From the NCBI GenBank assembly GCA_965200875.1, contig OZ241456.1, positions 1,408,001-1,472,000 on the forward strand: 64,000 nt of DNA. Direction: 5' to 3'. The position numbers and the translations under genes are program-made. The stretch's first letter is position 1. Each line of letters starts with the position of its first letter. Positions 11,113 through 21,660 of this stretch are shown in pieces. The stretch comes from Bdellovibrionales bacterium (GTDB lineage Bacteria; Bdellovibrionota; Bdellovibrionia; Bdellovibrionales; UBA1609). The notes under the pieces were generated by a model that was given only the letters and a program-made list of their open reading frames with translations, had not been told where the DNA came from and did no database searches.

Positions 11113-11442
11113 TTTTCTCCTCCTTTTATTATTATTTATTTTTTATATTGATTTTATAATAAGAAATGCCTTCCAAATTTGTTTATAAGGTTGAGTTTAA
11201 CAAATATTTATTTTTTTGTCAAATTTGGTACAATTTTGGAAGATTACCCACTAGTTCATCCAGAAAACGCTCTGTTATCCGCGATACACTTCCTTAAAAC
11301 TCGGTAATATTCAGATTCGTTAATGACGCTAAGCGTAAGTTAAGGAATCCCCCGAAAAAGTATGTTATTTTTTGAAGGTTTTATAAAAAAGTCAAGTGAT
11401 AACAGTATGTTAATAGCTGTTTTCGGGCGAGCAGACATAAGT

Positions 11443-11516
11443 GGCCACGTAGCTCAGCTGGATAGAGCAAGAGTTTCCTAAACTCTAGGTCACAGGTTCA
11501 AATCCTGTCGTGGTCA
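11443..11516 (+). tRNA. tRNA-Arg(CCT)
   Basis: Cloverleaf; anticodon arm AGAGT-TTCCTAA-ACTCT; GGTTCAAATCC; CCA not encoded. Confidence 0.95.
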
Positions 11517-11540
11517 TAGATCAAACAAACACAGCGGTTT

Positions 11541-11963
11541 TTATTCTTTTGTCTCTTGTTGACTGGCCGGCATTCTTTGATCCTGCGAAACATGATTCAT
11601 TATACTTTCTATACTTTGCTGATTTTTATCACACTGAACCAGTATATGAGAAACATCTTTTTCCATCTGAATAAGCTTTGAGAGTGGCATTGCCTTTTTA
11701 TCTTTCACAAGCTGTTTTACTTCTCTTTCCAGTCGTTTTGCCTCTGCCCATAAAAGCTGATTCTCTTTCAGGATACGTTCTTGCTCCAATGGTGTCAGTC
11801 TGCCTTTTGCTTTTAACTGCTTTCGTTCTTCTGTCAAACGGTTAATATGTTCTGCCAAACTTTCCAATTGTGACATTAACAGTTTCACCTTCATGCTTTT
11901 ACTGGAAGTGGCACTGGAAATCTTGGAAACACCACTCACACCACTAGGAAAACCACCAGCCAT
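11541..11963 (-). CDS. Coiled-coil hypothetical protein
   Basis: Likely start MAGGFPS after GGTGG; Ser-rich N-terminus followed by helical heptads. Confidence 0.7.
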   Translation of the reverse strand: MAGGFPSGVSGVSKISSATSSKSMKVKLLMSQLESLAEHINRLTEERKQLKAKGRLTPLEQERILKENQLLWAEAKRLEREVKQLVKDKKAMPLSKLIQMEKDVSHILVQCDKNQQSIESIMNHVSQDQRMPASQQETKE

Positions 11964-12235
11964 AAAAATACCACCAAAGATAAATGTATAACTCGCAAAG
12001 CCCATACAAAAAGTCAGAAAAACCAAATTGATAATCTTCATAATACCCACTGATCGGCCAATTATTGATAAAAATTAAATTTAATCGAACTTGTCTCTAA
12101 AATAAAGCCTTTAAGGTTGAAAAGAAGAACCTCCAAGGCTTCTATACCTGTCACAAACAGTCAAAAAAAGTAAATTTGAAGTTTCCTGAAAAACAGTATA
12201 TAATCAGTCAAGCGTGGAAAAGTATGTTTTTTTGA

Positions 12236-12266
12236 CTGGATTCCCCCGTTTTCACGGGACTGAAAA
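12236..12266. repeat. Degenerate REP-like palindrome
   Basis: CTGGATTCCCCCGTTTTCACGGGACTG resembles the widespread GGATTCCCGC..GCGGGAATGAC class; a related remnant lies at about 30295-30316. Confidence 0.45.
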
Positions 12267-12373
12267 GCCAACAACTTGGCTTTCAGTTTCAAAGAGGAAA
12301 CCCATAAACCGGCAAGCATTGGTGTATGGAACAAAACAAGTGCTGGAAAATTCAATCTTGTGGAGTATAAAAT

Positions 12374-12808
12374 ATGAATCCATTTATTCTGATAAAAGAA
12401 AGCGAAACAGGAATCGAGCGATTGCTTTTAAATACTGCAACAATTGGAGAATATGATAATGAAGGATTTAAATTATCACGTGACAATGTGTGTTCAGCAC
12501 TTTGGCCGGTTCATAAGAAAGGATGTCCTATAGAACTCATAAAGCAGATCGCAAAGGATCTGCCTGACATCGTAAACACAATACTTACTATGGAAAATTC
12601 CCATAGATGTATTGTGGAATTAGGTCGAGCTTATTCTATATGGATTGAAACCAAAGAAAAAAGCAAAACCATACAGCTTTCTGTTTTGAAAGAACTTTCC
12701 CCGGGTGAATCTCAAACATTAAAAGATAAAGCGCAGTATTTTAGTCAAACTGGAGAAGGCGATACCATAGCTGGGGCTTTTGAAGCTTATAAAAACTCCC
12801 TTCATTAA
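12374..12808 (+). CDS. Hypothetical protein
   Basis: GGAG RBS; 144-aa ORF with no recognised motif. Confidence 0.7.
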   Translation: MNPFILIKESETGIERLLLNTATIGEYDNEGFKLSRDNVCSALWPVHKKGCPIELIKQIAKDLPDIVNTILTMENSHRCIVELGRAYSIWIETKEKSKTIQLSVLKELSPGESQTLKDKAQYFSQTGEGDTIAGAFEAYKNSLH

Positions 12809-12825
12809 GAAATACAGGTTGATTT

Positions 12826-13398
12826 TTATTGATTTTCTTCGATCAGGTGTGTGATTTCAGTTTTCCATTTTTCAGAGTTCCATTTTTGAGGCCCGATGAT
12901 TTTTTTATATAAATTTCCAGCTTTGTTTAAAATGTAAGTTTCAGGAAAAGCTCGAACATTGAAATGGGCTAGCATTTGATTTCTTCCCATATTGGAAGGA
13001 ATCAAATTGGAATGAAAATCAGGAAACGCCATTAAAAAATTTTTTATATCATCTGTTTTTTCATTGGATATAGCCAGAATAATCAATTCTTCTGGAAAAT
13101 ATCCCGCTAACTTGTTTAACGAGGGTAACTCTTCAATACAAGGGGCACACCAAGTAGCCCAGAAGTTGATCAGAATCACTTTATTTTTAAAAGAAGAAAG
13201 TAAAATGGGTTTTGTGTTAAGATCATACACTGTGATCTCTGAGTCTTCTTTTCCTATGTTTTGGTTTTTTTGAATATGTGCCGGCAGATCATGTTTTTTT
13301 TGATAATATTGATAAATAAAAACAGCACCAATAAGAGCAATACAGCAGATACTGGTGATTCCTATAATAAGCCGATGAAATAAGCGTGGGTTTTTCAC
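12826..13398 (-). CDS. TlpA/ResA-family thiol-disulfide oxidoreductase
   Basis: N-terminal TM; INFWATWCAPCIEELP; FPET. Confidence 0.93.
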   Translation of the reverse strand: MKNPRLFHRLIIGITSICCIALIGAVFIYQYYQKKHDLPAHIQKNQNIGKEDSEITVYDLNTKPILLSSFKNKVILINFWATWCAPCIEELPSLNKLAGYFPEELIILAISNEKTDDIKNFLMAFPDFHSNLIPSNMGRNQMLAHFNVRAFPETYILNKAGNLYKKIIGPQKWNSEKWKTEITHLIEENQ

Positions 13399-13478
13399 GA
13401 ATAACTAACCTAACCAGTCGATCCTGAAAAAGTCCATTCAGATAAGTCAATCACTTGACATATTTCCCTAAAACCCGA

Positions 13479-14864
13479 CTAATGACCTTCATGAACAACT
13501 GTTTTTACCTCTGCCACGGAAATAGCTGGCAATGTTCGAATATACAGCAGGAATAAAGTGAAAAACATTCCAAAGCTTCCAATTAGTGCTCCAAAATCAA
13601 AAAAAGTCAAATCAAACATTCCCCAGTTGGCTGGCAAAAAGTCCCTATGTAAAGAGGTAACTACAATCACATATCTTTCAAACCACATGCCAATATTAAC
13701 AAAAATGGAAACAATAAACATGGTGATAATACTTCTGCGCGCTTTTTTAAACCAGAATATCTGAGGAATAAAAACATTACAGCTCACCATAATCCAGTAA
13801 GACCACCAATAAGGTCCCATTGCCCTATTTAAAAAAACATACTGCTCAAAACTGGAACCAGAGTACCAAGCGATAAAAAACTCAGAACCATAAGCATAAC
13901 CCACCATCATTCCCGTAAGCATAATAATCTTATTCATGGCTTCCATGTGGTTGATGGTCACATAATCCTTAAAACGAGGAACAAATCGCCGTACCAGACA
14001 CATTAAAGTTACCACCATCCCAAATCCGGAAAAAATAGCTCCCGCCACAAAATAAGGCGGGAAGATAGTGGTGTGCCAGCCTGGAAGACTGGCGGTGGCA
14101 AAGTCAAAAGACACAATACTGTGAACAGACAACACTAGAGGGGTGGATAAAGCCGCGAGCAACATATAAGTCATTTCGTAGTGACTCCAGTTACGGGCCG
14201 TCCCTCTCCAACCCATAGATAAAATGCCGTAAATATGACGACGGATCCCCTTAGATCTATCCCTTAAGGTGGCCATATCAGGCACCATCCCGATATACCA
14301 AAACACAATGGAAACAGTTGCGTAAGTGGAAACTGCGAACACATCCCACACCAAGGGGGAGCGAAAGTTCACCCATAAAGGCCCTCGCTGGTTGGGATAC
14401 GGCAAAAGCCAATAGGCCAACCAAGGCCGTCCTGTATGCAATAAAGGGAAAATACCGGCTGTCATCACTGCAAAAACTGTCATAGCTTCCGCAGTGCGGG
14501 CAATGGAAGTTCGCCACTTTTGGCGAAATAAAAACAAAATTGCAGAAATTAAAGTTCCGGCATGGCCGATGCCAATCCAAAACACAAAAGTAATAATATC
14601 CGTTCCCCAACCCACCGGATGATTTACACCCATAAGCCCCATACCCACGGCCACAATAGCTCCCATTACACAGATATAAAACAGAAACAAAGACTTTGCG
14701 CTTAAAAGAGCCACAAAGTACCCTTTGCCTGGTAGTTTTTCTGTCAGGGAACAAATATCGTTTGTAATATCTTTAAAAGTTTTTTTTCCGGTTATGAGAG
14801 TGGGTCTTTGAATTTGGTTATTCCCCCCTCCACTCTTTTCTACACTTGTAATTTCTTTTTTCAT
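13479..14864 (-). CDS. actC: Alternative complex III subunit C (NrfD-type membrane subunit)
   Basis: [50 protein letters not shown]. Confidence 0.93.
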   Translation of the reverse strand: MKKEITSVEKSGGGNNQIQRPTLITGKKTFKDITNDICSLTEKLPGKGYFVALLSAKSLFLFYICVMGAIVAVGMGLMGVNHPVGWGTDIITFVFWIGIGHAGTLISAILFLFRQKWRTSIARTAEAMTVFAVMTAGIFPLLHTGRPWLAYWLLPYPNQRGPLWVNFRSPLVWDVFAVSTYATVSIVFWYIGMVPDMATLRDRSKGIRRHIYGILSMGWRGTARNWSHYEMTYMLLAALSTPLVLSVHSIVSFDFATASLPGWHTTIFPPYFVAGAIFSGFGMVVTLMCLVRRFVPRFKDYVTINHMEAMNKIIMLTGMMVGYAYGSEFFIAWYSGSSFEQYVFLNRAMGPYWWSYWIMVSCNVFIPQIFWFKKARRSIITMFIVSIFVNIGMWFERYVIVVTSLHRDFLPANWGMFDLTFFDFGALIGSFGMFFTLFLLYIRTLPAISVAEVKTVVHEGH

Positions 14865-14900
14865 TTTTATGAATTTAACCCTGTAATTTATCCATTAGTT

Positions 14901-17900
14901 TTACCCATGATGATGACCATCTCCTTCCCCAGAACTGGAATCATCTTTATTTCTCACCTTTACCTGATACCGCACCGCTGGCTGAGTGTTCAGCTCCTCC
15001 AACAGAGAATAGCTATCCTCTCTTGTAAATAAACGATATACCTCGGAGCTTTTGTCTTTCAGATCGCCAAACACAATAGCCCCTGTTGGACAGGACTGTT
15101 GGCAGGCGGTTTGAACATCTCCATCTTTTAACTCGCGGTTTTCCAGCTTGGCTTGGGCTTGTGCAGAACGAATACGATGCAAACAAAAAGTGCATTTTTC
15201 CATCACCCCTCTGGATCGCACGGTTACATCAGGATTCATGGCCATGTTCAAAGGTTTTTCCACTTTCCGGGCATAGTTAAACCAGTTAAATCTCCTCACT
15301 TTATAAGGGCAATTATTGGCACAATAACGAGTGCCCACACAACGATTGTAAATCATATCGTTAGTCCCCTCATCGCTATGCACTGTGGCGGCCACAGGAC
15401 AAACTGTTTCACAAGGAGCATTGTCACAATGCATGCACACTACAGGCTGGTGTAAAGTCTCAGGTGATTTCGGGTCACCCTTGTAGTAACGATCCACCCT
15501 TATCCAGTGCATTTCTCTTCCCTGCAGAACCAAATCCTTTCCAACATTTGGAATGTTGTTTTCGGATTGACAAGCAACCACACAAGCAGAACAACCTGTG
15601 CAGGAGTTGAGATCAATTACCATTCCCCACTTATGTTTTGGATACTGATGAGAAGACCAAAGACTGAACATTTTATGACGATGAATGGCCCCACCGGGAT
15701 TTTTTAAATATTTTTTTAAAGTGGTCTCCACTATAATCTGCCGACCCTCCATAGAATGATGCCCCTGCGTGTTGGCCAGAGAAACTTTTTTTGAAGTGGA
15801 TTCAATACGAGTGGACGAAGAATGAAAAATCATTTGACCATCCACAGATATTTCCGCCAAAGGCCAAGCACTCACTCCTACTCGGTTTGCCACTTTACCC
15901 GCGCGCTCTCTTCCATACCCTAAAGCCAAAGCCAACACTCCATCGGCCTGCCCGGGCTGAATATGCACCGGCACTGATATCACTTTTTCCGCTGAATTTC
16001 CTGCCAGCTTTTCCTTTTCAGATATGTCCTTCATATCCTCCGAAGTTTGCTTAAAAGCCACACTAGCACTTTCTCGTTTTTTTAAAATCCCACGGCTCTT
16101 AATGACTTTCACTACTTGCCCTTCTTTCCAATTTCTTTTACGCGCATCTGAAGGGGAAACACATAAATAATTATCCCAGCAAATTTTTGTAACAGGATCG
16201 GGAAATTCCTGAAGCCAAGAAACATTGGCCAAAGCACCGTCCTTTAAGCCACTGGTGGAGTAAAGCAAAAGCTCGTACTCTCCTTTTTTATCGTGCTCAG
16301 CCTCAGAAGAAGGAACAATAGCGGAAAGCGCGGAAGAATTAAAAGAACGTGCCGGAAACCGGCTTTCTCTTTGTTCAGGCTTCTCAATATATACGCCGGT
16401 TTTAAGAAAGTTATTCCAGGAAAAACCAACTTTTGTATTGGTACTCATATTTTTCTTTAAATATTCATACCATGATTTTTCTTCAAATTTTTTTACTGAT
16501 TTTGTCTTCTCCGCTAACAACCCAACCCATTTGATAAGCGTGTCTTCAAAAGCCCGCGTACGATATAAAGGACGAATAGTGGGTTGTTGAACACTCAGTG
16601 TCCCTTTTTGAAACTCCCAATCAGACCATTTTTCCAAATCATGATGATCCGGTAAAATATAATGTGCCCAGCGACCTGTTTCGTCTTCCCTGTCTCCTGT
16701 GTAAATGATCAACTTGGCTTTTTGAATGGCAGACTTCAAACGCTCCTTATCAGGATAAGTATAGAGGGGGTTTGTTCTATGTATAATCAAGGTGTCTGTT
16801 TTTTCCTGTTCCAAATTTTTAATAAGCTCCTCTATGTTTCTATTTGCCCAAGACCAAGAGTTATAGCTATGTCGATAATCCACCGTATAACCATCATTTC
16901 CCAAAAGGTGGTTCAACCATGAAACAGCTATTTGCAAACTTTTGGAATCACGCCCACCTTGTTGATCTCCCGCTAGGACAAGGCTTTGCCCTTTATTCTC
17001 CCAAAGAGCCTGTATCAGCTGATCCCAACTTTTTTTGTCAATATGAAAAGCCTTATAAGGAGCTGAAGGCACTTTGAGGTGAGAAGGCCATTTTCCTTTC
17101 ACGAAACCTTTTTGTATTAAATCGTGAGTAAGAGACAATACTAAGTCCAGCTGTTCAGAAGGTTTAATCCTAAATCGCCAATCTGCGTTTGTCCCGGTTA
17201 AGGAAAGCAAAGACTCAAACACTATCAGCCGGTTCATGTCTCTGTTGGCTTTCCGGCCTTTGCTATATAAATGATTAAACTCCGTAGGGTAAAGCCATGT
17301 TCCTAAAAAGTCACAGTTGATACTCAAAATCAGCTGAGCGCGATCCAGAGCGAATCGCGGGACCAGTGCCTTGCCGTAACAAAGTTTTTGCGCTGATTCC
17401 ATAGTGGAATGATTTAAAGGATTCCACACAAAGTGTGAACAGGAAGTTTTTTTGCAAAATTCTTTCAGCAAATGCTCTGAAGAGGGAGAAGGCCACTCCC
17501 CAGTTAAAAGAGCGGTTTTTTTCTCCGATTTGTTTTTTTGTAAATGTTTAATGATTTCCGTATCTGCCGAGAGGTACTGGGCACGAATTTTTTCTCTATT
17601 GCTTTTTTTATCATTAAATAAGTTTTGTTGAGGATCTTTTAGTCTTTCCGGATCGTATAAACTCAGTATATGTGAATGCGCACGAGCAGAAAGTCCACCT
17701 TTATTCACCGGATGCTCTTTATTTCCCTCAATTTTAATGGGCCTTCCTTCACGGGTTTTAACCAAAATACCAAAACCCTCCTCCCCATCATAGTAAGAAG
17801 ATGAGTAAAGGCTGTCTTTACCGAGGCTCACATCTTCAGGGCGTTTAATGTAAGGCACAATCTTTTCCGTTGGTCGGCGCACACAACCAAAGCTTGCCAA

Positions 17901-18089
17901 GGCCATTCCAGCCGCCATTAACTGTAAAAACTCCCTTCTTTCCCAAAGATCTAACCCTTCCTTTTCTGAAGGAACAGGATGAAGAAACTCTTTATCAGAA
18001 CCTGCCAATTTTTGAAAGTTTTTGTCTTGACTCCACTGCTCCAAGCTTAGCCAGTACTGTGTATTGGATTTTTTTTGTTCTTTTTTCAT
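14901..18089 (-). CDS. actB: Alternative complex III subunit B (molybdopterin-oxidoreductase-like + Fe-S)
   Basis: YWLSLE, Tat-like ERREFL plus lipobox ASFGC, GRPIKIEGN, and C-terminal Fe-S motifs (CTGCSACVVAC, CMHCDNAPC, CVGTRYCANNCPY, CTFC). Confidence 0.95.
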   Translation of the reverse strand: MKKEQKKSNTQYWLSLEQWSQDKNFQKLAGSDKEFLHPVPSEKEGLDLWERREFLQLMAAGMALASFGCVRRPTEKIVPYIKRPEDVSLGKDSLYSSSYYDGEEGFGILVKTREGRPIKIEGNKEHPVNKGGLSARAHSHILSLYDPERLKDPQQNLFNDKKSNREKIRAQYLSADTEIIKHLQKNKSEKKTALLTGEWPSPSSEHLLKEFCKKTSCSHFVWNPLNHSTMESAQKLCYGKALVPRFALDRAQLILSINCDFLGTWLYPTEFNHLYSKGRKANRDMNRLIVFESLLSLTGTNADWRFRIKPSEQLDLVLSLTHDLIQKGFVKGKWPSHLKVPSAPYKAFHIDKKSWDQLIQALWENKGQSLVLAGDQQGGRDSKSLQIAVSWLNHLLGNDGYTVDYRHSYNSWSWANRNIEELIKNLEQEKTDTLIIHRTNPLYTYPDKERLKSAIQKAKLIIYTGDREDETGRWAHYILPDHHDLEKWSDWEFQKGTLSVQQPTIRPLYRTRAFEDTLIKWVGLLAEKTKSVKKFEEKSWYEYLKKNMSTNTKVGFSWNNFLKTGVYIEKPEQRESRFPARSFNSSALSAIVPSSEAEHDKKGEYELLLYSTSGLKDGALANVSWLQEFPDPVTKICWDNYLCVSPSDARKRNWKEGQVVKVIKSRGILKKRESASVAFKQTSEDMKDISEKEKLAGNSAEKVISVPVHIQPGQADGVLALALGYGRERAGKVANRVGVSAWPLAEISVDGQMIFHSSSTRIESTSKKVSLANTQGHHSMEGRQIIVETTLKKYLKNPGGAIHRHKMFSLWSSHQYPKHKWGMVIDLNSCTGCSACVVACQSENNIPNVGKDLVLQGREMHWIRVDRYYKGDPKSPETLHQPVVCMHCDNAPCETVCPVAATVHSDEGTNDMIYNRCVGTRYCANNCPYKVRRFNWFNYARKVEKPLNMAMNPDVTVRSRGVMEKCTFCLHRIRSAQAQAKLENRELKDGDVQTACQQSCPTGAIVFGDLKDKSSEVYRLFTREDSYSLLEELNTQPAVRYQVKVRNKDDSSSGEGDGHHHG

Positions 18090-18135
18090 GTTGTTTCCTT
18101 TTTGCTATCTTTATCACAGATAGTCGGATAATCAA

Positions 18136-18234
18136 GGACTTCTTCACAGGCCACGGCTTAAAAGGCTTGGTTAAGTAAGCCCCGAGCCAGATATGATATT
18201 GGACTTCTTCACAGGCCACGGCTTAAAAGGCTTG
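18136..18234. repeat. Two identical 34-bp direct repeats separated by 31 bp
   Basis: GGACTTCTTCACAGGCCACGGCTTAAAAGGCTTG at 18136-18169 and 18201-18234. Confidence 0.9.
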
Positions 18235-18255
18235 AAAATCATCCAAAAAATCATC

Positions 18256-19758
18256 TTAATCCAGCAAACCAATGGATTTTTTTTTCAAAGGAACATGGGC
18301 CTGCACATTAAGCTGAGCCACTTCTTCCGCAGAAAGCTCTGGCAGTCTCTGAACCAAAGAAAGAAAACGGACTTTTTCCTTTTCCTCTATGGTGGCCTTA
18401 CTGCTTAGTTCCATAAATTTTTGAATATAGTTCTCTCTTTTAAAAGGTTTGTCTCCAGCAGGGTGGGCATTTGCTCTTCTCTTCTCTGCCGTCAATTTTG
18501 ACCCATCTTTAAAAATAATTTCCACTCTGCCTCCAAAACTTTTTTTTGTTGGATCAGGGTGATGATAAAGCTCTGTCCATTTTTTATCTTCACGGGTTTT
18601 GATTTTACGCCAAAGCCGTATAGTTTCAGGCCGGGTGGCTCTTTCAAAGGTATAAGAGTGAATATGATGCCACTTTCCGTCTTCTAGAGCCACAGCAAAG
18701 ATATAGGTGATACTGTGATCCAAAGTTTCCCGGCTGGCTTTGGGATCTTGTTTTTCTGGATCTCCAGAACCAGTGCCAATCACATAATGAGTGTGATGGG
18801 AAGTATGAATAATAATCTGCTGAATGGATTCCCGATCTTTTATTTTTTTATTTATTTCAAAAGCCAGATCAATTAAAGCTTGGGACTGATATTCTGCAGA
18901 ATGTTCTTTGGTATAAGATTCCAAAATCGCTTTTTTTTCTTCTCCTTTTTCCGGAAGATTAATTTCATATTCTGCTAAAGCTCCATCTAAAAATTGCGCG
19001 ATTACAGAGTCTTCTCCTTCATAAATTGGTGAAGGGGATTTTTCTCCCCGGAGCGCGCGATCTACCGCCTCTATGGCGAGCTTACCAGCATGAGCCGGGG
19101 CGTAGGCTTTCCATGAAGAGATAGTACCCTTTCGAGATTGACGGCTGGTAAAGCTCACATGAACTGCCTGGTTAATGGCTTGGTAGAGAGTATTTGTATC
19201 CATAGACAACAACGCACCCACTCCCCCCACTTGTGCCGGGCACAAGTGCGCTATATGATCCACCTTGTGTTTATGCAGGCATATTGCTTTTACCAAGGCA
19301 ATATGAATTTCATAAGAGGAAACAATACCTTTTAGAAGTTGCTGGCCATTGAGGAACTTTTGTTGAGCCACGGCCAATACAGGAGGAATGTTGTCCGCCG
19401 GATGAGCATAGTCTTTTGCTAAAAAAGTGTCATGGAAATCCAGCTCCCGAACAGCTGTTCCGTTGGCCCAAGCACACCAATTAGCGAAAAATTTTTGTTT
19501 ATTGAAGCAACCAAAAATCAAACCCCCTTGATGATGAGGATGCACCATCGCCTGATCTCTTGCGTGTTGAACAGGTGCTCTTTCCAGACTGGCTGTGGCC
19601 ACAGCCGAGTTGTCAATCATGCGATTGATGACCATATCACATACTTCTGGTGAAACAGGTGCGGAATCAAGAGCACATTCTGCCAGTTTCCAAGCCAAAT
19701 GATCTTCTTTTTTTAAATAAGTTTTTGCCGGACAAACCCGTACAATATGTTTTTTCAC
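18256..19758 (-). CDS. prpD: 2-methylcitrate dehydratase (MmgE/PrpD)
   Basis: ANGTAVRELDFHDTFL..HPADNI, RKGTISSWK, KEHSAEYQSQ, RETLDHS. Confidence 0.93.
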   Translation of the reverse strand: MKKHIVRVCPAKTYLKKEDHLAWKLAECALDSAPVSPEVCDMVINRMIDNSAVATASLERAPVQHARDQAMVHPHHQGGLIFGCFNKQKFFANWCAWANGTAVRELDFHDTFLAKDYAHPADNIPPVLAVAQQKFLNGQQLLKGIVSSYEIHIALVKAICLHKHKVDHIAHLCPAQVGGVGALLSMDTNTLYQAINQAVHVSFTSRQSRKGTISSWKAYAPAHAGKLAIEAVDRALRGEKSPSPIYEGEDSVIAQFLDGALAEYEINLPEKGEEKKAILESYTKEHSAEYQSQALIDLAFEINKKIKDRESIQQIIIHTSHHTHYVIGTGSGDPEKQDPKASRETLDHSITYIFAVALEDGKWHHIHSYTFERATRPETIRLWRKIKTREDKKWTELYHHPDPTKKSFGGRVEIIFKDGSKLTAEKRRANAHPAGDKPFKRENYIQKFMELSSKATIEEKEKVRFLSLVQRLPELSAEEVAQLNVQAHVPLKKKSIGLLD

Positions 19759-19872
19759 ATCTGAATTATACTCACATAGTTTAAGTTTTCAAGTGTTATA
19801 TCTGAAGGAATGTTTGATTCTTTTATTGCTTGTTATTGCTTGTACGAAGAATATTGTTTTATACTTCAAGGT

Positions 19873-20652
19873 ATGAGATTTTCTGCTTTTTTTCTTTTTT
19901 GTATATTGTGTTCTTTTTCCTGTTTTGTGGAAACAAAGTCTTTAACCGGAAAGTTTTCCACAAAAAAAACTATAAAAGAAGAGCACTTCCAAAAATTGTC
20001 TGCACAAAAAGAGAGTAAAGAAAAAGTGATCAATACTCCTCCGGTGTCTGTTTATCCGGTTCATCAGCAAATAGAAGGAGAATCGGGAAAAAAGCTTCTT
20101 GACTTAAAGCCAGTGTCAGCGGATTGGTTGGAACATTATCCTTCGATAAAAAAAGAAGTTGAGAAGATTATTCAGACAAAAAAACAGGAAATCACAAAAT
20201 CTGCGGAAGAGTTATTTAATGATAACCCTCATTCAAATCTTTTGCCTTATCGCCTTTATATAAAGGAATTGAAGTTATTTCAACCAAAAAACAAAGACAT
20301 TGTCAGCGTGCGACTGAAAATCTATACCTATACGGGAGGTGCTCATGGAGGCACTTTTTACTACAGCTGGAACTGGAGTCAAAAAAAACAAAAGTTTTTA
20401 TCTCTGAATGAAGTTTTGTCTTCTGAGCAATTTATACAAATTGTCAAAAAAACAAGGAAACTTCTGTTTGAAAAAGAAAAACAGGGGAACAAATATGATA
20501 AATATCGAAAAAGAGATATTCATCTGGGAACTGATGAAAAGAAAGACTTTACAATTTGGAATCTTCATCAGGATATGATTATATTTGTATTTCCTGAATA
20601 TCAAGTAGCCTCTTATGCCGCCGGCAGTTTTGAAGTTCATGTTTCGTTATAA
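19873..20652 (+). CDS. RsiV/PdaC-like (DUF3298) exported protein
   Basis: Signal-like N-terminus; YTYTGGAHG; FPEYQVASYAAG. Confidence 0.85.
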   Translation: MRFSAFFLFCILCSFSCFVETKSLTGKFSTKKTIKEEHFQKLSAQKESKEKVINTPPVSVYPVHQQIEGESGKKLLDLKPVSADWLEHYPSIKKEVEKIIQTKKQEITKSAEELFNDNPHSNLLPYRLYIKELKLFQPKNKDIVSVRLKIYTYTGGAHGGTFYYSWNWSQKKQKFLSLNEVLSSEQFIQIVKKTRKLLFEKEKQGNKYDKYRKRDIHLGTDEKKDFTIWNLHQDMIIFVFPEYQVASYAAGSFEVHVSL

Positions 20653-20684
20653 AATCTTACAATTATTTTTTCCCGAACAGAAGT

Positions 20685-21161
20685 GTGCCATCAGAATCAT
20701 CTGAAAGTGAGGGAATGGTTCGTGTGGCTTTTTTGGATACGGCGAAGAAATGTTTTGTGTATGACAGCATGACCAAAGAGATGGTTATTTGTGATGAGGA
20801 AGATACAGTTTTGGTGAGAGATTCAGAAGAGGTTTTAGCGAGTTCTCTTTCTTCGTATGCTCCTGTTGATTCTTCTTTTCTTCCGGTGGGAGCTTTACAA
20901 ACGGCTGGCTTGGGAGGTTTTATATGTGCTTATAAAGAACCGATAGGACTGTTTGCAGCTTTTGTAGGATTAGGATCACTCTTATCAACAGGAGGCATGT
21001 TAGCGGGAGCTGGAGGAACAGCAGTAACAGCTGGAAGTATAGGAGTAATAGTCATAGGAGGAGTAATCGTAGTAGGGGCAGGAATAACATTCGTATTAGT
21101 ATGTGATAATTTCATAGAAGGTATAACGCAAAGAGGTTCGTTTAATTCTGCAAGAAAATAA
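20685..21161 (+). CDS. Hypothetical protein with a Gly-rich hydrophobic C-terminus (start uncertain)
   Basis: 158-aa ORF with GxxxG-rich hydrophobic segments. Confidence 0.55.
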   Translation: MPSESSESEGMVRVAFLDTAKKCFVYDSMTKEMVICDEEDTVLVRDSEEVLASSLSSYAPVDSSFLPVGALQTAGLGGFICAYKEPIGLFAAFVGLGSLLSTGGMLAGAGGTAVTAGSIGVIVIGGVIVVGAGITFVLVCDNFIEGITQRGSFNSARK

Positions 21162-21240
21162 CAAATTTTAAGGATTTTTCTTGCAATTATTCATAAGGCT
21201 TTTTAAAATTAAGTAACAACTTTAAATGAAGGGGGTTATA

Positions 21241-21654
21241 ATGAAACTTTTTGGAAAAGCCGGGTTTGTTTTATTTTTTGGATTTTCCTGTTTCGCACAA
21301 GAGAATCAGCAAACACAAGTAGGGTGCGACTGCCTACATAAAGCAGGAACAGTCACAGCCAGCGACCTTTCCTCTCAACAATCGCGACAGGACACAGCCA
21401 GCTTAAACTGCGCCAATAAACTTGCCAACATACCTGGAGAAGAAGACATAAGTCCGCATATTGAACCATTAAGCAACTCTGAAAACAACAATGAACCAGT
21501 ATATGCGTGTTTTGCCATTCATTATGTGTATGGATTCGGATCGGATCGCGAGGAAGCTATAAGAAACGCAAGGCAAACTTGTTCCGCACTAGTGCAAGAC
21601 CCTCAAATAGAAGAAGCGATTATTCATCCTGAAGAATGCAAAAACGAGAGATAG
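21241..21654 (+). CDS. Small secreted Cys-containing protein
   Basis: Signal peptide (MKLFGKAGFVLFFGFSCFA); GGGGG RBS. Confidence 0.75.
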   Translation: MKLFGKAGFVLFFGFSCFAQENQQTQVGCDCLHKAGTVTASDLSSQQSRQDTASLNCANKLANIPGEEDISPHIEPLSNSENNNEPVYACFAIHYVYGFGSDREEAIRNARQTCSALVQDPQIEEAIIHPEECKNER

Positions 21655-21660
21655 TATCTT

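Noticed and set aside
18136..18234. Formal CRISPR array call
   Set aside because: Only two repeats, no cas genes and no clear leader; kept as a repeat and a finding.
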